DNA of 64,000 nt from Alphaproteobacteria bacterium (GCA_965229675.1 OZ245897.1:1046092-1110091), one strand, 5' to 3'; shown: positions 29,066 through 39,967, counted from the first letter of the stretch. Notes: generated by a model not told the origin, from the letters alone. Numbers and translations are program-made.

Positions 29066-29963
29066 AGCGTGCAATAATTTTGCTGATGAGTGCATGGCGC
29101 ATTACATCTTGTCCATCGAAGGAACAGATTGCAATTTCCTCCATCCCCTCCAAGCGATTAAGCGCATCTTTAAGCCCTGATAATTGTCCATGCGGCAAAT
29201 CAGTTTGGGTAAGATCACCATTAATGACCATTTGCGAACCAGTCCCTATGCGCGTTAATACCATCTTCATTTGCATTGGGGTTGTGTTTTGCGCCTCGTC
29301 AACAATGATGAATGCATCTTTTAAATTACGCCCACGCATATAGGCAAGTGGCGCAATTTCAATTTCTGCGGCTTCTAATTTATGAGCAAGCATTTCCTCA
29401 TTAACCATATCGCCCAACGCATCATAAATTGGGCGCAGATAAGGATCGACCTTTTCTTTTAAGGCACCAGGTAGAAAGCCAAGTCGCTCCCCTGCCTCAA
29501 CTGCTGGGCGTGTTAAAATAATGCGTTTAACCTTATGGGTAAGCAAGGCCTCGATTGCTGCTGCTGCCGCTAGCCAAGTTTTTCCGCATCCAGCAGGGCC
29601 AACGCCAAACACCATTTCCATTGTCTGCAAGGCGGTCACATAGCGCAACTGATTTTCTGTTCTTGGACTTATTTTTAATTTAGGTGTGGATAGGATAGGC
29701 GGTGTAGGCGCTGATAAATGGCGTTCAGCAAGATAATCCTTAATTAAATCGGTGGTAATATCCTCCCCCGCTTCAGCATGCTGATAAAGCCGCATTAACA
29801 GATGATGGGCGATTTCTTTAGCAGGCTCGTTCCCTTGAATATCCAGTTGGTTACCGCGATTGCGAAGGATAACCCCAAGAGCCTGCTCAATTTGCGTTAA
29901 ATGTGTGTCTTGGGTTCCGTAAACCGTGGCAGCCAGCTGATTGCTGTCAAACTCAACCCGCAT
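29040..29963 (-). CDS. PhoH-like ATPase (YbeZ)
   Basis: Walker A GPAGCGKTWLA and the PhoH family core. Conserved miaB-phoH-ybeY linkage. Confidence 0.85.
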   Translation of the reverse strand: MRVEFDSNQLAATVYGTQDTHLTQIEQALGVILRNRGNQLDIQGNEPAKEIAHHLLMRLYQHAEAGEDITTDLIKDYLAERHLSAPTPPILSTPKLKISPRTENQLRYVTALQTMEMVFGVGPAGCGKTWLAAAAAIEALLTHKVKRIILTRPAVEAGERLGFLPGALKEKVDPYLRPIYDALGDMVNEEMLAHKLEAAEIEIAPLAYMRGRNLKDAFIIVDEAQNTTPMQMKMVLTRIGTGSQMVINGDLTQTDLPHGQLSGLKDALNRLEGMEEIAICSFDGQDVMRHALISKIIARYDDSNTHR

Positions 29964-31399
29964 TAGCGAATATTTAGGGGGGTTGCGAATAAAGAATGCC
30001 CTTGTAAGCGGTCAATCTTGCATTCTATTTGCGTTCCAAGCCAAGAGTCAGGGGCATCAATATGAACAGGCTGTAAATAGGCCGAACGCCCAACCAGCTG
30101 CCCGTCGTAACGCCCTTTTTTCTCAAGTAAAATTGAGCATGTTTTTCCAATCATGGATTGGTTAAATTGCCGCTGTTGCTCAGCAAGTAATGCTTGTAAT
30201 TCGGCAAGTCTTGTTTGTTTAATAGGTTCTTCAAGCTGCGGACGTTCTGCGGCAGGTGTCCCAGGACGCGGTGAATATTTAAAGGAGAAAGACGCTGCAT
30301 AACCAACCTTACGAATTAAATTCAGGCTTGCTTGATGATCTTCATCACGTTCTTCGGGATAGCCGACAATAAAATCTGATGTAAATGCAGTTTCAGGCTG
30401 TGCGTCACGAAATTGATCGATTAACCGCAAATAATCATCTGCTGTATGCTTACGATTCATTGCCTTCAGAATTTGATCTGAACCAGATTGCACTGGCAAA
30501 TGAATAAGCGGCATTAATGCTTCAAGTTCAGCATGTGCGTTAATTAAAGATGGCGTTACATCACGGGGATGGCTGGTTGTATAGCGTAAGCGTTTTAGCC
30601 CATCAAGGCCACATAACGCATAAAGCAATCGACCAAAATCCCAATTTTTTTGTGTATCTAAGCTACTAGCTTTTGGCGGCAAGCCGTGCCAACCATTAAC
30701 ATTTTGTCCAAGCAATGTAATTTCTTGCACACCACCTGCAATTAACTGCTGCGCTTCTTGTAAGATCGCATCTGCGGGCCTAGAATATTCTGCGCCGCGT
30801 GTATAAGGAACCACACAAAAGCTACAAAATTTATCGCACCCTTCTTGGATTGATAAAAACGCCGTAACCGCCGATACGCTGGTTGGGCGTTGTTGCGGCA
30901 AATGATCAAATTTATCATATTCAGGAAAATCAGTTGCCAATAAATGAATGGGACGCATTGCTTCAGCTTGGGCATCTGCTTCTGCCAATAAGCGCGGTAA
31001 TTCTTGATAATTTTGTGGCCCAAAGACGAAATCCACTTCGGGTTGGCGGGCAAAAATCTCATCGCCTTCTGCTTGGGCAACACAACCTGCTACGGCAAGT
31101 CGTAATCTTGGATTATAACGTTTTAGGGGGATTAATCGTCCCAATTCAGAATAAAGCTTTTCAGACGCTTTTTCACGAATATGGCATGTATTTAAAATGA
31201 TTAGATCGGCTTGATTGGCTTCTGAGGTTGCGGCATAGCCCAATTCACTTAAAATATCTTGCATGCGTTCTGAATCATAAACATTCATCTGGCATCCCCA
31301 GCTTTTTATCAGCACGCGATAAGGTGCTTTTAAAGGGGAATCAATGGCTTGAAAATTTTCTGAATTTTCAATCGGTAAAGCGTTTACTCTATTCGACAT
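29963..31399 (-). CDS. miaB: tRNA-2-methylthio-N6-dimethylallyladenosine synthase (radical SAM methylthiotransferase)
   Basis: An N-terminal MTTase domain with Cys, the radical-SAM motif CDKFCSFC, and a C-terminal TRAM domain. 478 aa. Confidence 0.85.
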   Translation of the reverse strand: MSNRVNALPIENSENFQAIDSPLKAPYRVLIKSWGCQMNVYDSERMQDILSELGYAATSEANQADLIILNTCHIREKASEKLYSELGRLIPLKRYNPRLRLAVAGCVAQAEGDEIFARQPEVDFVFGPQNYQELPRLLAEADAQAEAMRPIHLLATDFPEYDKFDHLPQQRPTSVSAVTAFLSIQEGCDKFCSFCVVPYTRGAEYSRPADAILQEAQQLIAGGVQEITLLGQNVNGWHGLPPKASSLDTQKNWDFGRLLYALCGLDGLKRLRYTTSHPRDVTPSLINAHAELEALMPLIHLPVQSGSDQILKAMNRKHTADDYLRLIDQFRDAQPETAFTSDFIVGYPEERDEDHQASLNLIRKVGYAASFSFKYSPRPGTPAAERPQLEEPIKQTRLAELQALLAEQQRQFNQSMIGKTCSILLEKKGRYDGQLVGRSAYLQPVHIDAPDSWLGTQIECKIDRLQGHSLFATPLNIR

Positions 31400-31493
31400 T
31401 ACTGATAAAAGTTATTGTTGAGGTCATTTGTTTTTTAAAATCGTTACAAGGTTTCTAAAGATAAAACAACCCTATTTAAATGGAAAAAGGGTC

Positions 31494-32954
31494 ATGTCGG
31501 GTCATCATTTTGCTTCCACCATTATTCGTGAATATGATATTCGCGGTATCGTTGGTAAAAATTTAGGCGTACAAGATGCGCTTGCCATTGGGCGAACGCT
31601 GGGGGAATTTTTTTCGGTTGAAACATCCCATATCGCAGTCGTTGGTCGTGATGGGCGTAATACTTCACCCGAACTTGCAGAATCGCTGATTTATGGCTTA
31701 AAGCTATCTGGTATGATTGTGATGGACATTGGCCTTGTTGCAACGCCCATGCTTTATTTCGCCAATAAGGTCTTGGAAAGTGATGTTGCGATTATGGTGA
31801 CTGGCTCTCATAACGCTGCAGAATATAATGGCTTTAAGATCATGATTAATGGCAAGCCATTTTATGGGCAGCAACTTAAACACTTAGCTGAACACGCAAA
31901 ACAAGGAAATTGGCGAACACAAAATAAAAATGGCCACGCAATTAAAACAGATATGGAGGAAGCTTATATCAATCGTATTTTGCGTGATATGAAGCAGTTA
32001 GCTAAGTCAGGAACAAATAATAATTATGGAAGAAGGGCGTCCGTAAAGCCGCTTAAAGTAGGGTGGGATCCAGGAAATGGTGCCTTTGGCCCAACAATAA
32101 AAAAATTAATCCCTCAATTATCAGGACAGCATAGTTTAATCAATGAAACGATTGATGGAACCTTTCCTGAGCACCATCCTGATCCTACGGTTGCTGAAAA
32201 TCTACAGCAGTTAATAAAATTAGTTAAAGACAACCAGCTAGATATTGGCATTGCCTTTGATGGAGATGGGGATCGTATTGGCCTTGTTGATTCAAAAGGT
32301 CGAATCTTATGGGGTGATCAAATTTTAATGTTGTTGGCTGAAGCAATTTTGCCAAATTGTCCTCCTGAAAGCCCTGTTATTTTTGATGTGAAGGCCAGTG
32401 ATATTTTGGTTGATCAAATAAGCCGTTTAGGTGGTAAGCCTGTTATGGCACCAACAGGCCATTCAATTATTAAAAGTAAAATGGCTGAATTGAACGCACC
32501 GCTTGCTGGGGAGATGAGCGGGCATATTTTCATTGCCCATCATTATTATGGCTATGATGATGCGCTTTATGTTGCTTTACGCATCTTGGATTATTTGATG
32601 GAGACAGGGAGTAAGCTATCCGATTTTGTGGATCGGTTACCTGCAAGCTATAATACGCCAGAGATTAGAATTGATGTCGCAGAAACAGAAAAATTTAAAC
32701 TGATAGAAAAAGTTGGAAAGGCACTTGATCACTATAATCAAAATCAAATAAATAAGCAGGATGGGCTTAGGGTTCGTGTTGATCACGGTTGGTGGTTAAT
32801 CCGTGCGTCCAATACACAGCCATGTCTTGTAGTGCGGTGTGAGGGAAAAACCAAGGAAGATTTAATTAAATTATGTAAAGAGGTTCAAGGGTTGTTATCA
32901 GCTGAAGGAGTTGAAACCTCATCATTAAATCAAATCATTGAACAAAAATTATAA
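31494..32954 (+). CDS. Phosphomannomutase/phosphoglucomutase (alpha-D-phosphohexomutase family)
   Basis: The active-site Ser loop TGSHNAAEYNGFK, the metal-binding FDGDGDR and the sugar-binding GEMSGH are all present. Confidence 0.75.
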   Translation: MSGHHFASTIIREYDIRGIVGKNLGVQDALAIGRTLGEFFSVETSHIAVVGRDGRNTSPELAESLIYGLKLSGMIVMDIGLVATPMLYFANKVLESDVAIMVTGSHNAAEYNGFKIMINGKPFYGQQLKHLAEHAKQGNWRTQNKNGHAIKTDMEEAYINRILRDMKQLAKSGTNNNYGRRASVKPLKVGWDPGNGAFGPTIKKLIPQLSGQHSLINETIDGTFPEHHPDPTVAENLQQLIKLVKDNQLDIGIAFDGDGDRIGLVDSKGRILWGDQILMLLAEAILPNCPPESPVIFDVKASDILVDQISRLGGKPVMAPTGHSIIKSKMAELNAPLAGEMSGHIFIAHHYYGYDDALYVALRILDYLMETGSKLSDFVDRLPASYNTPEIRIDVAETEKFKLIEKVGKALDHYNQNQINKQDGLRVRVDHGWWLIRASNTQPCLVVRCEGKTKEDLIKLCKEVQGLLSAEGVETSSLNQIIEQKL

Positions 32955-32973
32955 AAAATTAAAAGGAATAAAA

Positions 32974-34614
32974 ATGACTAATCATGAACGGGAAGTAATG
33001 GAATTTGATGTCTTAATTGTTGGTGGGGGGCCAGCTGGTTTGGCAGCTTCCATTCGCCTTAAACAATTAGAACAAGAACAAGGAAAAGAGCTTAGCGTTT
33101 GCGTTTTGGAAAAAGGTCCTGAAATTGGTGCGCATACGTTATCTGGTGCGGTTATGGAGCCACGTGCTTTAAACGAGTTACTTCCTGATTGGGAAACCAT
33201 GAATGCTCCCATTGATACCCCTGCGACTAAGGATTATTTCTTATTTCTAACGGAAAAGCGTTCTTTTCGTCTGCCAACACCGCCGCAAATGCACAATGCT
33301 GGTAATTATATTGTGCGACTTGGTAATGTTGTGAAATGGCTTGGTGAACAAGCAGAAGCAATGGGCGTAGAGGTCTATCCTGGGTTTGCGGCAAGTGAGG
33401 TGCTGTATAATGATGCTGGGCAAGTCATTGGTGTTGCTACGGGTGATATGGGGCTTGATAAAGATGGCAATCCTGGGCCAAATCATGAACCAGGGGTGGA
33501 GCTTCATGCGAAACAAACCATGTTTGCTGAAGGGTGTCGCGGTCATCTTGGAAAACAGCTTATGGAAAAATTTAATTTGCGCGAAGGCGTTCAACCGCAA
33601 GTTTATGCGCTTGGTATGAAAGAATTATGGGAGGTGGATGAAAATCTATCTGATCCAGGTGCAATCACCCATACGGTTGGCTGGCCAATGAAATCCGATA
33701 CGTTTGGTGGTTCGTTTTTATATCATTTAAAAGGTGGCTTGGTATCGGTTGGTTATGTTGTGGGTTTAGATTATAAAAACCCGCATCTTTATCCTTATAT
33801 GGAGTTTCAACGCTTTAAGCATCATCCAACCATCGCCCGCCAGTTTGAGGGTGGACGACGCATTGCCTATGGCGCACGTGCTTTGAATGAGGGGGGGTAT
33901 CAATCCATTCCCAAATTAGTATTTCCAGGGGGAATGTTGATTGGTTGTGACGCTGGATTTTTAAATACACCAAAAATTAAAGGCTCCCATACCGCGATGA
34001 AATCGGGGATGGTTGCTGCTGAAGCGGTCTATGAAGCATTAACGCAGTCCGTGCCACCGGCCGTTATTGAAACTTATCCCGAACGGTTAAAGCAAAGCTG
34101 GTTATGGCAAGAACTTTATCAGGCGCGTAATATTCATCCTTCTTTCAAATGGGGACTATATGGCGCAATGGCCTATAGTGCGGTGGATAGCTATGTATTG
34201 CGTGGGCGCGCGCCATGGACATTATCGCATCCAGGGGCAGATCATGACCATCTTGAAACAAAAGACAAAGCACCGAAAATTGATTATCCTAAACCAGATA
34301 ATATGTTAAGCTTTGATCGATTAACCAATCTTTCTTTTTCAGGTACGAATCACGAAGGGGATCAGCCCTGTCATCTTGTTTTAACTGATAAAAAACGCCC
34401 CGTTGATCATAATTTATCCTTGTTCGATATGCCAGAGCAACGTTATTGCCCTGCGGGTGTTTATGAACTTGTTGAGGAAGATGGTGTGCCTGAATTACAA
34501 ATCAATGCCCAGAATTGTCTTCATTGCAAAACATGCGATATTAAAGACCCAACACAGAATATTAATTGGCAAACCCCGCAAGGTGGCGAAGGGCCAAGCT
34601 ATAGCGGCATGTAG
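32974..34614 (+). CDS. Electron-transfer flavoprotein:ubiquinone oxidoreductase
   Basis: An FAD-binding N-terminus FDVLIVGGGPAGLAA and a C-terminal 4Fe-4S ferredoxin-like segment CLHCKTCDIKDP. About 545 aa. Confidence 0.8.
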   Translation: MTNHEREVMEFDVLIVGGGPAGLAASIRLKQLEQEQGKELSVCVLEKGPEIGAHTLSGAVMEPRALNELLPDWETMNAPIDTPATKDYFLFLTEKRSFRLPTPPQMHNAGNYIVRLGNVVKWLGEQAEAMGVEVYPGFAASEVLYNDAGQVIGVATGDMGLDKDGNPGPNHEPGVELHAKQTMFAEGCRGHLGKQLMEKFNLREGVQPQVYALGMKELWEVDENLSDPGAITHTVGWPMKSDTFGGSFLYHLKGGLVSVGYVVGLDYKNPHLYPYMEFQRFKHHPTIARQFEGGRRIAYGARALNEGGYQSIPKLVFPGGMLIGCDAGFLNTPKIKGSHTAMKSGMVAAEAVYEALTQSVPPAVIETYPERLKQSWLWQELYQARNIHPSFKWGLYGAMAYSAVDSYVLRGRAPWTLSHPGADHDHLETKDKAPKIDYPKPDNMLSFDRLTNLSFSGTNHEGDQPCHLVLTDKKRPVDHNLSLFDMPEQRYCPAGVYELVEEDGVPELQINAQNCLHCKTCDIKDPTQNINWQTPQGGEGPSYSGM

Positions 34615-34647
34615 CTTTTTGAAGGTATTATCAATAGAAAAATAGAT

Positions 34648-36021
34648 TTAGTTAAAATATCCAATTGCAACGCTGAATAGCTTTTCAATCTTTTTTATAT
34701 TTTTGGCAAGGGCAAGTAAGATCACTAAATCTTGTGGTTCAATAACCGTATCGGGGCGGGGAATAACCAGCGTGTTATCACGAATGATCCCACCAATGAT
34801 AGTTTGCGGAGGAATCACCAATTCTTTGATAGAAGTTCCAATCAAGCTGGAGCTTTCAACCGCTTCAATCGCAAGTAATTCTGCTTCGCCATCGAACAGG
34901 CTATGAACCGCATGAATCCTTCCACGGCGAATAAATTGAAGAATGGAGGAGGCCGTAACCTCCCTCGGGTTAATAATCACATCAACCCCTAATCTTGATA
35001 CAAGCGGTGCAAATTCGGTCTTATTGATAAGGCTAATCGTCCGCTTAATTCCAAGATGCTTACATAGAAGGGAAGAGAGGATATTAACCTCATCACCATC
35101 GGTGACCGAAATTGCGACATCGCTGTGATCTAACCCTGCTTCTTCCAAAATATCTGTTTTCAAACCATCGCCATGGATAACATTTAAATCAGGAAGCTGT
35201 TCAGCAACTTGATGCGCACGTATTTCAGAAGCTTCAATCAATTTAAGATGATAGCCTTGTGCCGAAGTTTGCATCATTTTAGCAAGGTTAAACCCAATAT
35301 TTCCGCCCCCAATGATAATGCCGCGTCTGGTTATTTCAGTTTCAATACCAAATGCATTCATTGCGCGTGTGATATGCGTCTCGTCCGTTAGGAAATAAAC
35401 ATTATCCCCCTCTAACATCTGATCATGAGAAGAGGGAATGATTAACTCGCCCGATCGGTTGATTGCTAACACATTGATCGAAAGATCAGGAAATAAAGAG
35501 GTAAGTTGGCGCAAAGGCGTATTGATCAAAGGGCATGATGCATCACAACGCACACCAATTACCCTCGCTGGTGGAATCTCGATTGAATTAAATGCCCCTG
35601 AAATACGAATGCGGCGAAAAATTGCCTCAGCAACGGCTAATTCAGGTAAAATCACATGGTCAATGGGAAGCTGTTGCGGATGAAATAAATCACCATATTC
35701 TGGCAATAAATAATGTTGTTGGCGAATACGGGCGATTTTGGTGGTGATCCCAAACAGGCTATGCGCAACCTGACAGGCAATCATATTGACTTCATCCACT
35801 TTGGTAACCGCAATCATCATGTCGGCATCATCAGCACCAGCAAGCTTTAAAATTTCAGGCGATGACCCCTCCCCCACCACGGCCTTAACATCCAAACTAT
35901 CATTAATTTGGGCAATTAAAGTTTCTGACTGATCAATCACACAGATATCATGGCCATCTTCCGATAAATATCGCGCCAGATTAATCCCGACCTGACCAGC
36001 TCCACAAATAATAACGCGCAT
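34648..36021 (-). CDS. trkA: Trk potassium uptake system NAD-binding protein TrkA
   Basis: Two Rossmann (RCK_N) motifs, IICGAGQVG and IIIGGGNIG, each followed by an RCK_C domain. About 458 aa from the MRVII start. Confidence 0.75.
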   Translation of the reverse strand: MRVIICGAGQVGINLARYLSEDGHDICVIDQSETLIAQINDSLDVKAVVGEGSSPEILKLAGADDADMMIAVTKVDEVNMIACQVAHSLFGITTKIARIRQQHYLLPEYGDLFHPQQLPIDHVILPELAVAEAIFRRIRISGAFNSIEIPPARVIGVRCDASCPLINTPLRQLTSLFPDLSINVLAINRSGELIIPSSHDQMLEGDNVYFLTDETHITRAMNAFGIETEITRRGIIIGGGNIGFNLAKMMQTSAQGYHLKLIEASEIRAHQVAEQLPDLNVIHGDGLKTDILEEAGLDHSDVAISVTDGDEVNILSSLLCKHLGIKRTISLINKTEFAPLVSRLGVDVIINPREVTASSILQFIRRGRIHAVHSLFDGEAELLAIEAVESSSLIGTSIKELVIPPQTIIGGIIRDNTLVIPRPDTVIEPQDLVILLALAKNIKKIEKLFSVAIGYFN

Positions 36022-36104
36022 TGGTTTACCCCAATCACAGATAAACAAGTTATAGTCATTCAAATAGTAAGATTTTTTAGTATAGTCCTACTTAATCGAC
36101 AAGC

Positions 36105-37109
36105 TTAATTTATCATTAGTGATAGACCAATTGGACAATGATCGGACAATCTTGATAAAATATTAGGGTCAAGATCAGTAAAATATTCTTTAAAAGACCC
36201 CAGTTCTACCAAGGCGGCAGCTGGTTCATTCATGACAAAATGATCGATGAAATAAGCATATTTGCTATCATGGCACAGCGATTTCATAAAACGATTAGGG
36301 CGCACCAACCCAGCAAGATAGCCTTTGGCCTCATGATCAAACAGGCTAGGCCACATCCAATTGGTAGGTGTTTTTTCTAGTGAATGGGATAAATCAGGGG
36401 CGGGTTCAATATCAAAGCGTCGATTAAAATCTCCAACGATTACAAATGGTTTACCCTTATGAATGCGTTGATGCATCCATTGTTTTAACCCTTTTATTTG
36501 TGCCTTTAATGTAGCGCAATTTTTGTTATTGGCACGCGATAATGGTATTTGGTGGCAATTTGATTTTAAATGCACGCCCAACAGATCAACTTCAAATTGA
36601 TTAAGGCTTAATGATAAAGATAACCCGCCACGCAAATAACCATTAATATTTAAACTTGGCAAAGGCTTAATTTGGCTGATTGGTACCAACCAAGCTTTGC
36701 GTAAAATTGCCTGTTTCATATTACGACCATCCGCAGAAATATGAATATCATATTGATTTGCAAAAATTCTTTTTAAAGCTTCAACAGAGCTAACTTCTTG
36801 AATAAATAGTAAATCTCCTTCCAATTTAGCCGCATAGTCTGCAAGCAGGTTTAAATCTTCATTTGTCCGCCTGCCAGCAGTAACCGTACCATCCTCATTT
36901 TGTTTTGGTGTAGAGAGATGTTGCAAATTCCAACTAATAATCTTTAAAACAGGCGGTATCTTATTGATTTTATTATGATTATCAAAAGGATCATCTGAAT
37001 TTGGATAGGGTGTAGCGAATCCATCCCATCTAATCGCCAAGCCTACCCCCAGCAAGATCAAAATGAATATTCCAATAAAAATAATGAATTTTCTATTATC
37101 AAACACCAT
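36105..37109 (-). CDS. Endonuclease/exonuclease/phosphatase (EEP)-family protein with an N-terminal membrane anchor
   Basis: N-terminal TM FIIFIGIFILILLGVGLAI. The EEP-like features are SWNLQHL near the N-terminus and SDHCP near the C-terminus. Confidence 0.55.
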   Translation of the reverse strand: MVFDNRKFIIFIGIFILILLGVGLAIRWDGFATPYPNSDDPFDNHNKINKIPPVLKIISWNLQHLSTPKQNEDGTVTAGRRTNEDLNLLADYAAKLEGDLLFIQEVSSVEALKRIFANQYDIHISADGRNMKQAILRKAWLVPISQIKPLPSLNINGYLRGGLSLSLSLNQFEVDLLGVHLKSNCHQIPLSRANNKNCATLKAQIKGLKQWMHQRIHKGKPFVIVGDFNRRFDIEPAPDLSHSLEKTPTNWMWPSLFDHEAKGYLAGLVRPNRFMKSLCHDSKYAYFIDHFVMNEPAAALVELGSFKEYFTDLDPNILSRLSDHCPIGLSLMIN

Positions 37110-37335
37110 AATATTTGTTTTGTTCTATAAAAATATTGACATTAACTTTTAAAATAGAACATAACATGGGTATTGTCGTGAATCAATGAAAAAATATCTT
37201 TAAATTAAAAAATTTATTAAAAACAACTTTTAATTGTTAAATTATTGTTATTTTAATAATTGACGGTTACGGTTAAACACGATAATTAACACATCTTGTC
37301 ATATTGGCTAATCAAGCCAAATATAAGTTGATTGA

Positions 37336-37409
37336 GCGGGTGTAGCTTAGTGGTAAAGCCCCAGCCTTCCAAGCTGGTTAGGAGGGTTCGATTCCCTTCA
37401 CCCGCTCCA
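37336..37409 (+). tRNA. tRNA-Gly (anticodon TCC)
   Basis: GCGGGTGTAGCTTAGTGGTAAAGCCCCAGCCTTCCAAGCTGGTTAGGAGGGTTCGATTCCCTTCACCCGCTCCA. The anticodon loop is CTTCCAA, the T-loop is GTTCGATTC, and CCA is encoded. Confidence 0.9.
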
Positions 37410-37529
37410 GTTTTTAATAATGATCCGCAACCATCAAAGAAAATCGGTGTGGACTTGTTTCATTAAACCCCTTAGTATGCGCTTGTTTTAAATATATTTT
37501 AAGCAACTGCATTTTTGTAAATTATCACT

Positions 37530-38228
37530 ATGATCACATTATATCATCATCCGATGTTGCCAGAATGTAGGCGTATTCGCCTAAACCTTGGGGAACGTGC
37601 GATTGCATTCACCTTAAAGGAGCATAAGTTCTGGGAACGTGATGAGTTTTTGCTTGCCATGAACCCAGCAGGGAATTTACCTGTTATGATTGATGATTCA
37701 GGACATAAAATTTGCGGCGCACGACCAATTGAAGAATATCTTGACGAGGCTATGACTGATTTAGGTGATGAAAAAGCTCTTCGGCATCCTGTTGGTTTTA
37801 GCGGGATAGATCCAGTTGAGCGCGCAGAAATTCGTCGATTAATTGACTGGTTTGATCATAAATTTTTTAATGAGGTTGTAGCATTAATCGTTGGCGAAAA
37901 AATTTTCAAACGCCTTGCGCGTGCAGGTGAACCTGAACCAAGTCAGTTGCGTATTGGCGGACAAAATTTACGCATTCACCTTGCTTATTTAACTTTTTTA
38001 TTGGAACGCCGTGAATGGTTGGCGGGCAACCACATGACGGTAGCTGATTTAGCAGCCTCAGCAGGGCTTTCGGTCTTGGATTATTTACATGAATTGAATT
38101 GGAATGATTATCCGATTATAAAATCATGGTATATGAATATTAAGCATCGCCCAAGTTTTCGGCCACTTTTGCAAGATCGTATCATTGGCATTCCACCGCA
38201 TCAAGATTACCTTAATTTGGATTTTTAA
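37530..38228 (+). CDS. Glutathione S-transferase-family protein
   Basis: 232 aa with a thioredoxin-like N-terminus (ITLYHHP...) and a helical C-terminal domain. This is a family-level call only. Confidence 0.5.
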   Translation: MITLYHHPMLPECRRIRLNLGERAIAFTLKEHKFWERDEFLLAMNPAGNLPVMIDDSGHKICGARPIEEYLDEAMTDLGDEKALRHPVGFSGIDPVERAEIRRLIDWFDHKFFNEVVALIVGEKIFKRLARAGEPEPSQLRIGGQNLRIHLAYLTFLLERREWLAGNHMTVADLAASAGLSVLDYLHELNWNDYPIIKSWYMNIKHRPSFRPLLQDRIIGIPPHQDYLNLDF

Positions 38229-38248
38229 AAAAAATAGATTCGACAAAG

Positions 38249-39133
38249 ATGATAAAGAAAGTTGATAATTTCCCACTTGGTGTCGTATTTATCGTGATAA
38301 CAATGATTTGCTTCACGATCCTTGATTCCATTGCAAAATATCTGATCATTCATGGCATTCCTGCTTATCAAGTCGCGTTTACCCGCTATGCTGTTCATAC
38401 AATCCTTGCAACTGCTGTGCTTTATCCAATTATGAAAGGCAAGTTGTTTGAAAATCAATCAGGCCCGCTTGTTTATATACGTGGTATTTTATTAGCCGCG
38501 ATGACAGGGCTTAACTTTTGGGCATTACAATATATTTCAATTGCAACAACAGCTGCAATCTTAACCATGATCCCTATTACAATCTGTTTATTATCCATTA
38601 TAGTTTTAAAAGAAAAAGTTGGAATACATCGTTGGCTTTCGATTTTAATGGGTTTTGTTGGCGTAATCATCATCATTCGTCCCTTTGGGGTTAGTTTTCA
38701 TTGGGCGATGCTTTTGATGCTTGGAATGGTCTTATGTGCAGGATTATTTACCATTATTACCCGCAAAATAGCTGGCGTTGACTCACCTTATAGCCTACAA
38801 TTTTATAGCGGCATTTTTGGTATTTTATTCCTTTTGCCTTTTCAATTCCAAGGTTGGGTTCTTCCATTTGATTGGTTTTTGCTATTTCTTCTGTTTGCAA
38901 CTGGTTTAATGGGATGGTTAGGGCATCAATTTTTGATTCTTGCCCATCATTATGCCGAAGCTTCCAGCCTTGCACCCGTTGGCTATATTCAATTTTTATT
39001 TATGGGGCTTTCAAGCTGGTTGATTTTCAATGATGTACCTGATTTACCTGTTTTTATTGGTGGGGGAATTGTGTTGATCAGCGGCTTATATATCCTTCAC
39101 CGCGAGCGTAAAGCTAGAACATTTTCGTTTTAA
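38249..39133 (+). CDS. DMT-superfamily (EamA-like) transporter
   Basis: 294 aa with 10 predicted TM segments and two EamA-like halves. Confidence 0.65.
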   Translation: MIKKVDNFPLGVVFIVITMICFTILDSIAKYLIIHGIPAYQVAFTRYAVHTILATAVLYPIMKGKLFENQSGPLVYIRGILLAAMTGLNFWALQYISIATTAAILTMIPITICLLSIIVLKEKVGIHRWLSILMGFVGVIIIIRPFGVSFHWAMLLMLGMVLCAGLFTIITRKIAGVDSPYSLQFYSGIFGILFLLPFQFQGWVLPFDWFLLFLLFATGLMGWLGHQFLILAHHYAEASSLAPVGYIQFLFMGLSSWLIFNDVPDLPVFIGGGIVLISGLYILHRERKARTFSF

Positions 39134-39160
39134 GATACAATTTGTTATGCTTGCGTAAGT

Positions 39161-39967
39161 TTATTTTTTATAATGAAAGTGATCTCTTAATCCTTCAGCG
39201 ACTAAATTAACTGCGATAATGAAGGAAAAAATCACGCCGCCTGAAAATAGCATTAAATGCGGAGCAGTATAAAGATAGGTTTGTGAATTAGCAAGCAATC
39301 GGCCAAGGCTGGGTTCAGGCGGTGCTAATCCGAACCCTAAATAGCTTAGGCCGCTTTCTATTAATAAAGCAATGCCACATTGTATTGCGCCTTGAATGAT
39401 TAAGATGGGTTTAATATTGGGTAGAATATGCAAAAAAATAATTCCTGCCTGAGACCGACCTCCCATCAATGCAGCACGCACATAATCTTTATGAAGGATA
39501 TCGCGAGCCGCTACCCTTGTCATGCGCATAAAGACAGGAAGATTAAATAAAGCAATTGCAATCATCACATTAAATCCATCCGCCCCACGAATGGCTGTTA
39601 ATAAAATTGCCGTCAATAAAGCTGGAAAGGCAAAAATAAGATCACTGGTAGAACCGATCATACGATCAAGCCAGATTTGTTGAGTGGGCTGGCTATGAAG
39701 CGCACTGATTAATCCCAATATAATTCCAGCGATGCTACCAATTAAAACTGCGGGGAGGCTGATGCTAAGGCTGTTAAAGCTACCAACCATAATCATACTT
39801 AACAAATCACGGCCATAAGCATCTGTGCCTAGCCAATATTTGCCAAATGGAGGGGATAAACGATCTTGAATATGCATCATATCGGCGGCATAAGGTGTCC
39901 AGAATAGGGATAGTAAAGCTAAGCTGGTAAGCACAAAGAGGATTATGGCACCTAAACTTAGTTTCAT
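39161..39967 (-). CDS. ABC transporter permease, DppC/OppC-type
   Basis: N-terminus YWLGTDAYGRDLLS and the binding-protein-dependent transport (EAA) loop. 268 aa. Confidence 0.8.
   Translation of the reverse strand: MKLSLGAIILFVLTSLALLSLFWTPYAADMMHIQDRLSPPFGKYWLGTDAYGRDLLSMIMVGSFNSLSISLPAVLIGSIAGIILGLISALHSQPTQQIWLDRMIGSTSDLIFAFPALLTAILLTAIRGADGFNVMIAIALFNLPVFMRMTRVAARDILHKDYVRAALMGGRSQAGIIFLHILPNIKPILIIQGAIQCGIALLIESGLSYLGFGLAPPEPSLGRLLANSQTYLYTAPHLMLFSGGVIFSFIIAVNLVAEGLRDHFHYKK

Noticed and set aside
31428-31493. Upstream extension of the phosphohexomutase ORF (MFFKIVTRFLKIKQPYLNGKRV...)
   Set aside because: The extension is Lys/Ile-rich, unlike the protein family N-terminus. The conserved protein begins near MSGHHF, so the longer start is probably spurious.
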